Origin: Limnohabitans sp.
Lineage (GTDB): Bacteria; Pseudomonadota; Gammaproteobacteria; Burkholderiales; Burkholderiaceae_C
Direction of reading: 5' to 3'
DNA length: 64,000 nucleotides
Assembly (NCBI GenBank): GCA_009693505.1
Contig: SHXD01000010.1
Coordinates: forward strand, 670 to 64,669
This document shows positions 9,753 to 20,230 of the stretch, piece after piece. Each line of letters opens with the position of its first letter. The stretch's first letter is position 1. The notes under the pieces are model-generated. The model made no database searches. It worked only from the letters and a program-made list of their open reading frames with translations, and had not been told where the DNA came from. Both the position numbers and the translations under genes were made by a program.

Positions 9753-11119
9753 GGGTTTTCGCCGTCACTGACATCGGCTTCGTGGGGCAATAAACCTGCC
9801 GCTTGGCCTTCAGGCACGGCTTCCACTTGGCGCAATGCACGGTGCATCACATTGCTTCGCGTTTGCGCTTTGTCCAGTGTGTTCAAGACTGTTTGAGTTT
9901 GTTCTTTGACTTTGGCCAACACGTCGCCAAACTTGCCAAACTCTGTTTTGACGGCACCCAAAACTTGCCAAACTTCGCTCGAACGTTTTTCGAGCGCCAA
10001 AGTTCGAAAGCCCATTTGCAAAGAGTTCAACATGGCCATGAGGGTTGTAGGACCCGCCAAAGTGACGCGGAAATCACGTTGTAAAGATTCAATTAGGCCA
10101 GGTCTTCGAAGCACTTCGGCGTACAAACCTTCAGTGGGCAAGAACATGATGGCAAAGTCTGTGGTGTAAGGCGGCTCCACATATTTCTCAGTCATGGATT
10201 TGGCTTCTAAACGAACCCGTGCCTCCAAAGCCTTGCTGCACAGATCTGCCTGAATCACATCGGCCCGCGACTGCGCATCGAGCAGGCGCTCGTAATCTTC
10301 ATTGGGAAACTTGGCATCGATGGGCAACCAAACGGGTTCGCCATCATCAGATCGACCTGGCAAGCGGATGGCAAAGTCCACACGGTTCTTGCTACCTGGC
10401 CGCGTGGCATGTTGCGTTGCATACTGATCAGGGGCCATCACTTGCTCTAGCAAGGAAGCCAACTGAGCTTCGCCAAACATGCCCCGCGTTTTGACGTTGG
10501 TGAGCAAATGCTTCAGGTCACCCACACCCTGCGCCAAGGTGTTCATTTCGCCAAGACCCTTGTGCACCTGCTCTAAACGGTCGGCCACTTGCTTGAAACT
10601 TTCGCCCAAGCGCGCTTGCAAGGTGGTCTGTAATTTTTCGTCGACTGTTTGGCGCATTTCATCAAGCTTGGCAGTGTTGCTTTGCTGGAGTTGGGCCAAT
10701 TGGGTTTCCAAAGTTCCGCGCATTTCAGTGAGGCGCCGTGCATTGGCTTCTGACAATTGCTGCACCTGCAAAGTGAGCGTGTCTGACAGCGTTTTTTGCA
10801 ACAAGGAAAGCTGCTGAGCAAACGCATCCATCTGGCTGTTTTGGGTGCGCGTGGCTTCTGCGCTTTGTTGAACCAAGCTTTGTTGGAAAGTGCCTAAAGT
10901 TTGAATGAGTTCTTGACGCCCGCCTCTGGCAGATTCGTTGATGGCGGTGCGAAGTTCTCGCTCCAATCTCTCATTGGCCAATTGGAGCGAGGACGTCAAT
11001 TGCCCTAACTCTTCAGAAGATGATTGGCCTTCACGCCGTTGACGCCACAACGCAAACAGCAAAACCAGCGTCAAAAAACTGAGCGCTATGAGAATCCAAA
11101 TTAGCATGCTGCTGTACAT
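9749..11119 (-). CDS. rmuC: DNA recombination protein RmuC
   Basis: The protein has an N-terminal TM helix, a long Q/L/E-rich coiled coil and a C-terminal nuclease-like domain (VDFAIRLPG...LPIDAKFP...FAIMFLPTEG). Confidence 0.9.
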   Translation of the reverse strand: MYSSMLIWILIALSFLTLVLLFALWRQRREGQSSSEELGQLTSSLQLANERLERELRTAINESARGGRQELIQTLGTFQQSLVQQSAEATRTQNSQMDAFAQQLSLLQKTLSDTLTLQVQQLSEANARRLTEMRGTLETQLAQLQQSNTAKLDEMRQTVDEKLQTTLQARLGESFKQVADRLEQVHKGLGEMNTLAQGVGDLKHLLTNVKTRGMFGEAQLASLLEQVMAPDQYATQHATRPGSKNRVDFAIRLPGRSDDGEPVWLPIDAKFPNEDYERLLDAQSRADVIQADLCSKALEARVRLEAKSMTEKYVEPPYTTDFAIMFLPTEGLYAEVLRRPGLIESLQRDFRVTLAGPTTLMAMLNSLQMGFRTLALEKRSSEVWQVLGAVKTEFGKFGDVLAKVKEQTQTVLNTLDKAQTRSNVMHRALRQVEAVPEGQAAGLLPHEADVSDGENP

Positions 11120-11148
11120 GTGTGAAGGCCGTTTGCTTCAATGTTTCA

Positions 11149-12135
11149 TCAAGTCGCTGACTTGGCGGGAACTTGGTTAAGGGGTGTGAGCGCATGGCCA
11201 GTGGCGAAGAAGGAAACCAAGTTATCGGCAGCCAGTTGGGCCATGGCCAAGCGAGTTTTGACAGTTGAGCTGGCGATGTGAGGCGTGAGCACCACATTGG
11301 GCAGCGTTAACAAATCAGGATGCACAGCAGGCTCGCCTTCAAACACATCCAAACCAGCTGCCGCAATTTGCTTGTTTTTAAGCGCCAATGCCAAAGCCGC
11401 ATCGTCCACAATGCCACCACGTGCAATGTTTACCAACGTGGCCGTTGGCTTCATTTGGGCAATTTCTTTAGAACCTATGCTGTGATGTGAAGCAGCGCTG
11501 TAGGGCAGAACCAAGACCAAGTGGTCTGCAGTTTTGAGAAGCGTCTCTTTGTCTACATAAGTAGCTTTACATTCGTTCTCAGTTGCTGCATCGAGTGGGC
11601 TTCTGTTGTGATAAAAGACCTTCATGCCAAAGCCTAGGGCGCCGCGGCGTGCAATGGCTTGCCCGATGCGTCCCATGCCCAAAATGCCCAAGGTGCTGCC
11701 GTGAACTTCTGCGCCCGCAAACATGTCGTAGCGCCATTGCTTCCAAAGACCTGCGCGCAAGTAATGTTCGCTTTCTGTCATTCGACGCGCTGTGGCCATG
11801 ATGAGTGCAAAGCCGAAGTCAGCGGTTGTTTCAGTGAGCACGTCGGGCGTATTGCTTGCAATGACACCCAAGGTGGTCATGGCGGGAACATCAAAGTTAT
11901 TAAAGCCTACCGCCATGTTGGCTGCTATCTTGAGCCTTGGTTGTGCGCCCAACACGAGTGCGTTGATGGGGTCAGAGCCTGTGGTTAAAGCAGCATCATG
12001 GCTGGCTATGGCTTGTTGCCATGCATCGGGCGTCCAAGCTTGATCCGATTGATTGCTGGTGACCTCAAATTTTTCAGACAGTGAATCAATGACCGATTGA
12101 AAAATGGGTCTGGCCACTAACAACTTAGGCTTCAT
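11149..12135 (-). CDS. D-isomer-specific 2-hydroxyacid dehydrogenase (glyoxylate/hydroxypyruvate reductase-like)
   Basis: An NAD-binding motif GILGMGRIGQAIARR, the motif NIARGGIVDD and the motif LTPHIAS are present. The first ATG is at 12135. Confidence 0.85.
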   Translation of the reverse strand: MKPKLLVARPIFQSVIDSLSEKFEVTSNQSDQAWTPDAWQQAIASHDAALTTGSDPINALVLGAQPRLKIAANMAVGFNNFDVPAMTTLGVIASNTPDVLTETTADFGFALIMATARRMTESEHYLRAGLWKQWRYDMFAGAEVHGSTLGILGMGRIGQAIARRGALGFGMKVFYHNRSPLDAATENECKATYVDKETLLKTADHLVLVLPYSAASHHSIGSKEIAQMKPTATLVNIARGGIVDDAALALALKNKQIAAAGLDVFEGEPAVHPDLLTLPNVVLTPHIASSTVKTRLAMAQLAADNLVSFFATGHALTPLNQVPAKSAT

Positions 12136-12202
12136 GCGCAAACTTTCAAATGAATGATGGAAGTGTTAAACATTGTGAAAAAATTCAAACTTAGGTGCAA
12201 AT

Positions 12203-13486
12203 TCAGTGGGTCAATTGATATTGAAAGATGTAGAAAAAAGCGCCACCAAAATATCCCAATAGCGCCAACAAACTAATCTTCTTCATGTACCAGAGGAAAT
12301 CAATTTTTTCCAAACCCATGGCCGCCACACCTGCGGCTGAGCCAATGATCAAAATAGAACCGCCTGTGCCAGCACAGTAAGCAATGAACTCCCACAAGAA
12401 ACTGTCTGTAGGATATTCAGCCAAACTGTACATGCCCATTGATGCCGCCACCAAGGGCACGTTGTCCACCACGGCACTGACCAAACCAATCAGTATCACA
12501 ATGACATCCAAGCGACCCACGACAGCGTTTAACCACTGCGCCACTGACGTCAAAATGTGAGCATGTTCCAAACTTGCCACCGCCAGCAGAATGCCGACAA
12601 AGAACAAAATAGAGCTCATGTCAATGCGCGTTAAAGCGCTGACCAAAGTGAAGCGCTCTTTGTCTTCATCTGATTTTTCACGGTGCATTAAATCACCCAC
12701 CAACCAAAGCAGGCCCAAGCCAAACAAGATGCCCAAAAAAGGTGGCAAGTGCGTGATGGTTTTAAAAGCAGGTACCGCCACCAAAATGCCCAGGCCCATG
12801 AAAAACACGAGTTGTCGCTCAAAGGCGGTGGTTTCAATTTGACCCGCATTGACTTCGCGTGACGGCGCTTCAACCAAGCGGCCCCGCAACATGTAAGCAG
12901 TGACTGACAAAGGCACTAAAAGGTTAACCATGGAGGGTATGAACAAGCCCTTCATGATTTCCATGGTGGTCACTTGCCCACCAATCCAAAGCATGGTGGT
13001 GGTCACGTCACCAATGGGCGACCATGCGCCACCCGCATTGGCAGCAATCACAATCATGCCCGCAAAAAAGAGTCGGTCCTCACGTTTGTCTAACAGCTTC
13101 TTCATGAGGGACACCATGACAATGGTGGTGGTGAGGTTGTCCAAAATGGAACTTAGAAAAAACGTCACAAAGCCAACAAGCCACATCAAGCTTGAAAGTT
13201 GTGTGGTGCGTATACGGGAGGTAATGACTTCGAAACCATTGTGTGCGGCCACCACCTCCACAATGGTCATGGCTCCTATGAGGAAGAACACAATTTGAGC
13301 GGTTGATATAAGCGACTCACCCATAGCCGTCTCTACAACTTTGGCTTCAGGGCCTGAAATGGCATAAATGGTCCAGAGTAACCCAGCGCCAATGAGTGCC
13401 GTAGCAGACTTGTTGATTTTAATGGGGTGTTCGAATGCAATGGCCGCATAGGTCATCACAAAGACAGCAATCAATAGGGTGTTCAT
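12203..13486 (-). CDS. NhaD/ArsB/CitMHS-superfamily ion transporter (NhaD-like Na+/H+ antiporter family)
   Basis: 427-aa polytopic membrane protein with an N-terminus [31 protein letters not shown] typical of NhaD-like proteins. Its ATG overlaps the pncB stop (ATGA at 13486..13483). Confidence 0.75.
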   Translation of the reverse strand: MNTLLIAVFVMTYAAIAFEHPIKINKSATALIGAGLLWTIYAISGPEAKVVETAMGESLISTAQIVFFLIGAMTIVEVVAAHNGFEVITSRIRTTQLSSLMWLVGFVTFFLSSILDNLTTTIVMVSLMKKLLDKREDRLFFAGMIVIAANAGGAWSPIGDVTTTMLWIGGQVTTMEIMKGLFIPSMVNLLVPLSVTAYMLRGRLVEAPSREVNAGQIETTAFERQLVFFMGLGILVAVPAFKTITHLPPFLGILFGLGLLWLVGDLMHREKSDEDKERFTLVSALTRIDMSSILFFVGILLAVASLEHAHILTSVAQWLNAVVGRLDVIVILIGLVSAVVDNVPLVAASMGMYSLAEYPTDSFLWEFIAYCAGTGGSILIIGSAAGVAAMGLEKIDFLWYMKKISLLALLGYFGGAFFYIFQYQLTH

Positions 13487-14667
13487 TCAATTTCCTTGAT
13501 CTCAAAAACCTGTCGCAAATAGGCCAAATAATTTTGATCCTCACACATGCCTTTACCAGGTGAGTCTGACAACTTGGCGACTGGCTGCCCGTTGCATTGC
13601 ACCATCTTGATGACGATTTGCAAAGGCTCATAGCCAAGGTCATTGGTCAGATTGGTTCCGATACCAAATGCCAACTGACAGCGCCCGCTGAATTGTCGGA
13701 ACAACTCAATGGTTTTAGGGACCGTGAGACCATCACTGAAAATGAGCGTTTTGGTGAGTGGGTCGACACGATTGGCGCGGTAATGCGCAATCATGCGCTC
13801 ACCCCAAATGAAGGGATCACCGCTGTCATGCCGAGCGCCGTCGAAAAGCTTGCAGAAGTACATGTCGAAATCGCGCAAGAAGGCATTGAAGCCATAGACA
13901 TCACTCAAGGCGATGCCCAAATCACCCCGATATTCACGCGCCCAAGACTCAAAGGCAAACACTTGACTGTCACGCAACCTGGGCCCTAAAGCCTGACATG
14001 CCTGAAGATATTCATGCGCCATGGTACCTAGGGGCGTGAGCCCCAGCATGTGCGCAAAATGCACATTGCTGGTACCTGTAAATTGTCCTGTCGGGCCTGA
14101 GCCCAAGCGACCAATAAGCACACGCAGAATTTCTTCATGCCACGCTTTGGAAAAGCGTCTTCGTGTGCCGTAATCGGCAATCTTCAAAGTTTTCAAATCA
14201 TCAGCTTGCAATTGCTTGATTTTGGTATTAAGCCGCGACCGGCCTTCCATCAAATCGGGCAAGCGCTGAGTGTTTCTAAAGTAGACCTCATTGACAATGG
14301 CCAACACGGGGATTTCAAACAAAATAGTGTGGAGCCACGGGCCCTGAATGACGATGTCAATTTCACCCGTTAAATTGGGCGTGACTTGAATGTATTTTTC
14401 ATTCAGTCTGAACAAGCCTAAAAAGTCGATGAAGTCACTTTTGATGAATCTAAAAGAACGCAAATAAGTCAGCTCATCTTCTTTGAAGTGCAAGCTACAA
14501 AGAGATTTGATTTCGCTGCGAATCTCGTCCACATAAGGGGCCAAATCGATACCAGCATTGCGGCACTTGAAGCGATATTCCACTTGCGCACCAGGAAACT
14601 GATGCAGCACCACCTGCATCATGGTGAACTTGTAGAGGTCTGTGTCCAGCAAACTGGTAATGATCAT
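13483..14667 (-). CDS. pncB: Nicotinate phosphoribosyltransferase
   Basis: [25 protein letters not shown]... is the classical PncB N-terminus; 394 aa. Confidence 0.95.
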   Translation of the reverse strand: MIITSLLDTDLYKFTMMQVVLHQFPGAQVEYRFKCRNAGIDLAPYVDEIRSEIKSLCSLHFKEDELTYLRSFRFIKSDFIDFLGLFRLNEKYIQVTPNLTGEIDIVIQGPWLHTILFEIPVLAIVNEVYFRNTQRLPDLMEGRSRLNTKIKQLQADDLKTLKIADYGTRRRFSKAWHEEILRVLIGRLGSGPTGQFTGTSNVHFAHMLGLTPLGTMAHEYLQACQALGPRLRDSQVFAFESWAREYRGDLGIALSDVYGFNAFLRDFDMYFCKLFDGARHDSGDPFIWGERMIAHYRANRVDPLTKTLIFSDGLTVPKTIELFRQFSGRCQLAFGIGTNLTNDLGYEPLQIVIKMVQCNGQPVAKLSDSPGKGMCEDQNYLAYLRQVFEIKEIE

Positions 14668-14721
14668 GTCAAGAATAGCTTCTTTGTAGGGGTGTGATGA
14701 GTGTACGTGAAGCAGGCCGAT

Positions 14722-15369
14722 TTATTGAATAACACCACCAGACAAGGTCATCACCTTGTCCGCCATGCCTGTCAGGGTCTGGTTTTGCTCAGCAATTAAG
14801 AATGTATAACCCTGCGACTTCAGTGTTGCCAAAGCCCGCGCTATGGCCTGAACCAAAACGGGTGCAATGCCCTCACAAGGCTCATCCAAAATCAACACAT
14901 CGGCCTGAGTCATCAAGGTTCTGCCAATGGCCAGCATTTGCTGCTCTCCCCCGCTCATTTGCGCCGCGGGGCGCTCAAGCATGCTTGCCAAGCTTGGAAA
15001 CAAATCCAAGACTTCTTGAAGCTTCAAACCAGGCTGTCCATGATGCCTCTGTTTAGGCTGGTTGGGAATCGCAATTTCTAAATTTTGACGAACTGTCAGA
15101 GCAGAAAATAGTCGGCGGTCTTCAGGCACATAGCCCAAGCCCTTGAGAGATCGCTCATGCGGTTTCAATGAATGCAAAGCTTGGCCTTGCCAGAGCAAGT
15201 TACCCGTTGACTGCGGCATCAGGCCCATGATGGCTTTGAGCAAGCTGGACTTTCCAGTACCATTCAAACCTCGAATCAACAACATGTTGCCCCGAGGCAC
15301 AACAAAAGACACATTGAACAAGACTTGGGCTTGTCCATAACTGGCATTGAGGTTTTGAATCTCAAGCAC
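14722..15369 (-). CDS. ABC transporter ATP-binding protein, LivF-like
   Basis: Walker A GLNGTGKSS, signature MSGGEQQMLAIGR and Walker B LILDEP are present. I prefer the GTG start at 15369, which overlaps the upstream stop (GTGCTTGA), over the 250-aa track ORF, which would overlap the upstream gene by 113 nt. Confidence 0.85.
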   Translation of the reverse strand: MLEIQNLNASYGQAQVLFNVSFVVPRGNMLLIRGLNGTGKSSLLKAIMGLMPQSTGNLLWQGQALHSLKPHERSLKGLGYVPEDRRLFSALTVRQNLEIAIPNQPKQRHHGQPGLKLQEVLDLFPSLASMLERPAAQMSGGEQQMLAIGRTLMTQADVLILDEPCEGIAPVLVQAIARALATLKSQGYTFLIAEQNQTLTGMADKVMTLSGGVIQ

Positions 15370-16150
15370 GAACAGGCTCCTGGCCCAAGGAAAAATGCTG
15401 TCCCAAATATCTTTCACGAACAACTGAATGAGCCGCAACTTCTTCAGGCGATCCTTGGGCCACCAGTTGGCCATCGATCAAGACCAAAACACGATCAGCC
15501 ACACCAAACACAGCGTCCATGTTATGTTCGGTATACAAAACCGTCGTACCCAAATGGGTCATGCGTTTGACGCGCTCCATCATGTCGGCTCGCTCTTCAG
15601 GTGCAAGTCCTGCAGCGGGTTCGTCAAGCAACATCAGGCCCTGACTGGCGTCGGGCAATCCTGCCATGGCCATGGCCAATTCCAAACGTTTTTTGCCACC
15701 ATACGAAAGACGAGCTGCAGGCGATCGAAGCATCTCTTCACCCAGATCGCTCAAACCAGCTTGAGCCACCCAATGCCTTGCTTCGTCAAGCAAACATTCA
15801 TCCAACAGATCTCGCATTGAAACACCATGCGCAGCCTGCAGGACCAACTGCAAATTTTGAAGGACTGTGAGCGCTTCAAACACTTGCGCGACTTGGAAAG
15901 TTCTGGCCACCCCAAAACGGGTTCGCATCTCAACCGTTGACTCCTGCAAATCGTGACCTCGCCACACAAGGCTTCCCGCCAGCGCTTTTTGTTGACCCGC
16001 CAAACAAGCAAAGCAGGTTGACTTACCCGCGCCATTGGGCCCGATCAGGGCCACACATTCACCAGCTTGTAGTTCAAAGCTCACTCCCCTGAGCGCTTGA
16101 ACACCACCGTAGCTTTGCCGCAGTCCCTCGACGCTCAAGACGGTTTTCAT
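15362..16150 (-). CDS. ABC transporter ATP-binding protein, LivG-like
   Basis: Walker A GPNGAGKST, signature LSYGGKKRLELA and Walker B LLDEPAAG are present. It has a 4-nt overlap with the permease gene. Confidence 0.9.
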   Translation of the reverse strand: MKTVLSVEGLRQSYGGVQALRGVSFELQAGECVALIGPNGAGKSTCFACLAGQQKALAGSLVWRGHDLQESTVEMRTRFGVARTFQVAQVFEALTVLQNLQLVLQAAHGVSMRDLLDECLLDEARHWVAQAGLSDLGEEMLRSPAARLSYGGKKRLELAMAMAGLPDASQGLMLLDEPAAGLAPEERADMMERVKRMTHLGTTVLYTEHNMDAVFGVADRVLVLIDGQLVAQGSPEEVAAHSVVRERYLGQHFSLGQEPVRA

Positions 16151-18000
16151 AGGGCTGTGGTACCTTTGTTTTTTTTGAATTTTCTAAGACCCAAAATTCC
16201 CTCTGGTGCAAAGACCATCAACAGCATGATGAGAAGACCCAAACTGCCTCTCCAGTATTCAAAGTGTCGCCCTATTTCTGAGCCCACTCCAACCAAAAAT
16301 AGACTGCCTGCAAATGCGCCCCAAAGCTGATGCACACCACCCAATAAAACGACCATCAACGCATCAACTGAATTGGAAACAGACGCCACTGAAGGAAAAA
16401 CGGCGCCTTTGCTGATGGCCCACAAACCACCCGACAAACCCGCCAAGCCAGCGCTCAATAAAAATACACGCTGATTCAAGTTCGCGACATCCAGTGCGCT
16501 GGATTGCGCCCTTTGAGGCGCATCGCGCCCAGCCTGCAAGGCTGCGCCAAAACTAGAACGAATCAATCGAGAGAAACCGAACAAGGACACAAAGCACAAC
16601 AAAATAAGGACAGCTTGAAAAATCCAACGCGGCATGCTGTCAAAAAATTGTAACCCAATCAAACCGTTGTCGCCTCCCGTGAATGACACCCATTGACTGG
16701 CACTGGCCCACACCATTTGAGCGAACGCCAATGACAACATGGCCAAATAAACGCCCGTACTGCGCTGCAGTAATTTGCCCATACAAAGCGCCGCCAAGAA
16801 GGCTACCACCACACCCGCCAGCGCAGCCATGATCGCATTGAAGTGCCAGTACAAATGACTTAATGCCGCAGCATAAGCACCAAGACCAAAATAAGCTGCG
16901 TGGCCAAAGCTTACCCACCCCGACAAGGCCATCATCCACTGCAAACTCAGGCCAAAGAGCATCATGATGAGCACATTTTCCAAGACACTTTGCGTGTATT
17001 CACCTGCAGTGAAAAGGACGATGCCGCTAGCGGCCAAAACAATCCAGCCGATCCATTCGAAAAATCGATTGTCACCACCCAATTTAAATGCCGTGACCTT
17101 TTCGCGGGGCGCTGCACCAGGCAGTTCTCCCATCAAGCCTTGGGGCCTGACTGCCAGTACCAACGCCATGGTTAAAAATACCAAGATCAGTGTGGCTTGT
17201 GGGAAAAAGTGAATGCCAAAAGCATGTACAAAGCCAATCAAGATGGCCGCAAAAAAAGCGCCAGCGATGCTGCCTAGACCACCCATCACCACCACCACAA
17301 AAGTCTCGACCACCATTTGTAAGTCCATTTGCAAATTAGCGGGCTCTCTTGGCAATTGCAAAGCACCCGCCAAACCTGCCAAGCCACAACCCAGAACCAC
17401 CACACTCAACAGCAGCGGTGCCGGGTTAACACCCAAGGCATCCAGCATGTCTCTGTCTTGCGTGGCAGCGCGCACGCGTTGCCCCCACTTTGTTCGGGTG
17501 AGCAAGCCATGCAGCAACGCCCATACAACAGGACCCAAACAGAGCGTCACGATTTGCCATTGAGGGAAGAAATCTTCCCCCACTTGAACAGCACCCTTCA
17601 AACCCGGAAAGCGCGGCGCAAAAACTTCACCGGGCCCTAAGGCCCAAAGTAAGACATCGTGAATGACCAAACTCAAACCAAAGGTGGCCACCAAGGGGTA
17701 TAGCGGCGGCGAATGGCGCAAAGGTCTAAACAAAAAAACCTCAGCAAGGCCGCCTAGCAAGGCTGCCGCCGTGGCACCCAACAACATGGCCAACAAGTAA
17801 GCGCTGCCATGCTCAGACCAAGCAGGTAGCCATTGGGTGACCAAGGTACCTGCGAGCAATGCGCCCAGCATGTAAAAACTACCGTGCGCAAAATTGACAA
17901 TGCGGGTTACACCAAACACCAGCGTCAAACCAGCAGCCATGATGAAAAGTGTGCTTGCGTGGCTTAAGCCATTCAAACACTGGATGACCCAAAAACTCAT
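16147..18000 (-). CDS. Fused LivH-LivM-type ABC permease (branched-chain amino acid transporter family)
   Basis: 617 aa. The N-terminal half is LivH-like (NFAHGSFYMLGA) and the C-terminal half is LivM-like (SFGHAAYFGLGAY). Confidence 0.88.
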   Translation of the reverse strand: MSFWVIQCLNGLSHASTLFIMAAGLTLVFGVTRIVNFAHGSFYMLGALLAGTLVTQWLPAWSEHGSAYLLAMLLGATAAALLGGLAEVFLFRPLRHSPPLYPLVATFGLSLVIHDVLLWALGPGEVFAPRFPGLKGAVQVGEDFFPQWQIVTLCLGPVVWALLHGLLTRTKWGQRVRAATQDRDMLDALGVNPAPLLLSVVVLGCGLAGLAGALQLPREPANLQMDLQMVVETFVVVVMGGLGSIAGAFFAAILIGFVHAFGIHFFPQATLILVFLTMALVLAVRPQGLMGELPGAAPREKVTAFKLGGDNRFFEWIGWIVLAASGIVLFTAGEYTQSVLENVLIMMLFGLSLQWMMALSGWVSFGHAAYFGLGAYAAALSHLYWHFNAIMAALAGVVVAFLAALCMGKLLQRSTGVYLAMLSLAFAQMVWASASQWVSFTGGDNGLIGLQFFDSMPRWIFQAVLILLCFVSLFGFSRLIRSSFGAALQAGRDAPQRAQSSALDVANLNQRVFLLSAGLAGLSGGLWAISKGAVFPSVASVSNSVDALMVVLLGGVHQLWGAFAGSLFLVGVGSEIGRHFEYWRGSLGLLIMLLMVFAPEGILGLRKFKKNKGTTAL

Positions 18001-18731
18001 TCAATCCAATGCGTAAAGCTGCTGGCGTCTACGCGCGTGGTCTTGAAAGTATTCACCAGTGCAGCCTCATCGGCGTAGCCCAATGACAAGCCACAGACCA
18101 TCATTTCGTTCTCGCCTGCACCCACATGTTGGTAAATGATTTTTGAAAAACTATTCCAGGCGGCTTGCGGGCAAGTGTGCAAGCCACGGGCCCTGGCTGC
18201 CACCATCAGACTTTGCAAGAACATGCCGTAATCGAGCAAACTGCCGCGGCCCATGACTTTGTCAAGGGTAAAGATCAGGCCTACAGGCGCCCCAAAAAAT
18301 CGGAAGTTTTGTTGATGCTGCAAATGCATTTTGTCTTTGTCGCCCTTGCCTATTCCCAATACACCATACAAGCCAAAGCCACACTCACGGCGTCTGTCAA
18401 TATAGGGGCTCACCCACTTGCTGGGGTAGTAATCGTATTCTTCTGCATGCTCGGCGGCCAATGCAGGATTGACAGCCATGGCGTTGTGCGCTTCACAAAC
18501 TTCGCTCACCAGCCTGTCTTTGGCTGCGCCCTGCAACACATAAACTTTCCAGGGCTGCGTGTTGGTGCCACTGGGTGAACGTGCTGCAACTTGTAACAAA
18601 TCCTCCAACACAGCCCTCTCGACAGGCTTGTTCAAATAGGCTCGCGTAGAAAATCGGCTCAAGATAGCCGCATCTACGCTACCACGGTCAGCGATGACCG
18701 TACTCACTTGGGTTGTTGTCAGTTCTTTCAT
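17997..18731 (-). CDS. Nitroreductase-family FMN oxidoreductase
   Basis: The sequence SRFSTRAYLNKPVERAVLEDLLQVAARSPSGTNTQPWKV is a typical nitroreductase-fold N-terminus. The gene has 4-nt overlaps on both sides. Confidence 0.85.
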   Translation of the reverse strand: MKELTTTQVSTVIADRGSVDAAILSRFSTRAYLNKPVERAVLEDLLQVAARSPSGTNTQPWKVYVLQGAAKDRLVSEVCEAHNAMAVNPALAAEHAEEYDYYPSKWVSPYIDRRRECGFGLYGVLGIGKGDKDKMHLQHQQNFRFFGAPVGLIFTLDKVMGRGSLLDYGMFLQSLMVAARARGLHTCPQAAWNSFSKIIYQHVGAGENEMMVCGLSLGYADEAALVNTFKTTRVDASSFTHWIE

Positions 18732-19165
18732 GAGAGTGCTTCCAAGACTTTGATAAATGATTCAGAAAGGGCTTGAGGTCTGCGAGTTTGTTTGTTCACA
18801 TAGACATGAACAAAGTACCCGCGTGCCGCAGTAAGGGGCTCATCTTTTGCAAACAAGCCCACTTCATATTTCACGCTAGATGTGCCGCGATGCGCCACCC
18901 TGATGCCAGCCTCGATGGTCTGGGGAAATGCCAGCGGCGCAAAGTAATTGCATTGCGTTTCTACCACCAGGCCAATGGTTTCACCTTGGTGAATGTCCAA
19001 CACACCCTGCTCAATCAGGTGCGCATTGACAGCCGTGTCAAACCAACTGTAGTAAACAACATTGTTCACATGGCCATACACGTCGTTGTCCAACCATCGG
19101 GTGGTGATGGGGCGAAAAGCGCGGTACTCACTTCGGGGCATCGCTTGCGGTTTGATACTGTCCAT
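18728..19165 (-). CDS. Acyl-CoA thioesterase, hotdog fold (YbgC/4HBT family)
   Basis: 145 aa, with DNDVYGHVNNVVYYSWFDTAVN matching the 4HBT-type active-site region. Confidence 0.85.
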   Translation of the reverse strand: MDSIKPQAMPRSEYRAFRPITTRWLDNDVYGHVNNVVYYSWFDTAVNAHLIEQGVLDIHQGETIGLVVETQCNYFAPLAFPQTIEAGIRVAHRGTSSVKYEVGLFAKDEPLTAARGYFVHVYVNKQTRRPQALSESFIKVLEALS

Positions 19166-19187
19166 TTTGGAATTGTGTGATGCTTTG

Positions 19188-20117
19188 TCAGAAGCCCCGA
19201 TTTTGCCAGTGAAGCCAGTGCAAATGCGCCAAACGCCATGTGTTCATTTGCACCGCCACAGTGGTCTCTAAGTCATGGCCATAGCCACCTCCCATGCAAA
19301 TGATCATGGGCAATTTTTTTTCTTGGGCCCAATCAAACACCCTTTGGTCCCTGGCGGCCATGCCAGCCTCCGTCAGTTTGAGCCTGCCAAGACGGTCTCC
19401 CTCATGCGCATCAGCTCCCGCCAAATAGATTAAAAAGTCGGGCGAAAATCGACTTGATGCCTGCACAAGGGCTTGTTCCAAAGCTTCTAAATAAGCTGGG
19501 TCTGTACAACCATCAGGCAAACCCACATCCAGGTCGCTGTTGACTTTTCTGAATGGAAAGTTCTTTTCTCCATGCAAGGACAAGGTAAAAACACTGGCAT
19601 CTTCCGCAAAGATACTGGCTGTGCCGTTGCCTTGGTGGACATCCAAATCGACCACCATGATCTTAAGCGTTCGTTTTGAAACTCGAAAATGCTCCATCTG
19701 GAGCACCCTGGCCGCAACGGCAATGTCGTTGAAAACACAAAATCCGCCCCCCTGCGCCGCACTGGCATGGTGTGTGCCACCGGCCAAGTTGCCCGCAATG
19801 CCCTCTTTCATGGCCACCCTGGCAGCGGCCACAGAAGCGCCCACCGACCGAAGCGACCGCTCTGCCATGGCCGGTGTCCAAGGAAATCCAATCTCCCTTT
19901 GGGCTTGCGGGCTCAGACTTCCTGATTTAACAGCCTGAACGTATTCAGGGGCATGCGCCAGGGCCAACTCGCCATCAGTTGCCGCTGGCGCCTCCAGCAT
20001 TTGCACCTCTTGGATTGCAGTGATCATGCTGTTGCGCAGCATGCTGTACTTGGCCATGGGAAAGCGATGCCCCTCTGGCAAAGGCAACACAAAGTGGTCG
20101 GAATAGAAAGCTTTCAT
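19188..20117 (-). CDS. Histone deacetylase-family (Zn-dependent deacylase/amidohydrolase) protein
   Basis: The motifs GGTHHA...GGFCVFNDIAVA...VDLDVHQGNGT are the HDAC-superfamily catalytic motifs. The start is taken at MKAFYSDHF (20117), because the longer track ORF would run over the phasin regulatory repeats. Confidence 0.88.
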   Translation of the reverse strand: MKAFYSDHFVLPLPEGHRFPMAKYSMLRNSMITAIQEVQMLEAPAATDGELALAHAPEYVQAVKSGSLSPQAQREIGFPWTPAMAERSLRSVGASVAAARVAMKEGIAGNLAGGTHHASAAQGGGFCVFNDIAVAARVLQMEHFRVSKRTLKIMVVDLDVHQGNGTASIFAEDASVFTLSLHGEKNFPFRKVNSDLDVGLPDGCTDPAYLEALEQALVQASSRFSPDFLIYLAGADAHEGDRLGRLKLTEAGMAARDQRVFDWAQEKKLPMIICMGGGYGHDLETTVAVQMNTWRLAHLHWLHWQNRGF

Positions 20118-20171
20118 GGCTGAATTGTGACCTTTTCGCATGAATTCAATTTCTAGAACGCCGACTCTAAA

Positions 20172-20188
20172 ATGCTGCATTGCAACAA
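20172..20188. promoter_or_regulatory. Repeat box 1, ATGCTGCATTGCAACAA (candidate PhaR-type operator)
   Basis: This is one of two 17-bp near-identical direct repeats (16/17) spaced 59 bp apart in the phasin upstream region. Confidence 0.4.
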
Positions 20189-20230
20189 AAATCTCTTGTA
20201 ATTGGTTTCAGAGCCCCTAAAATCCAACCC

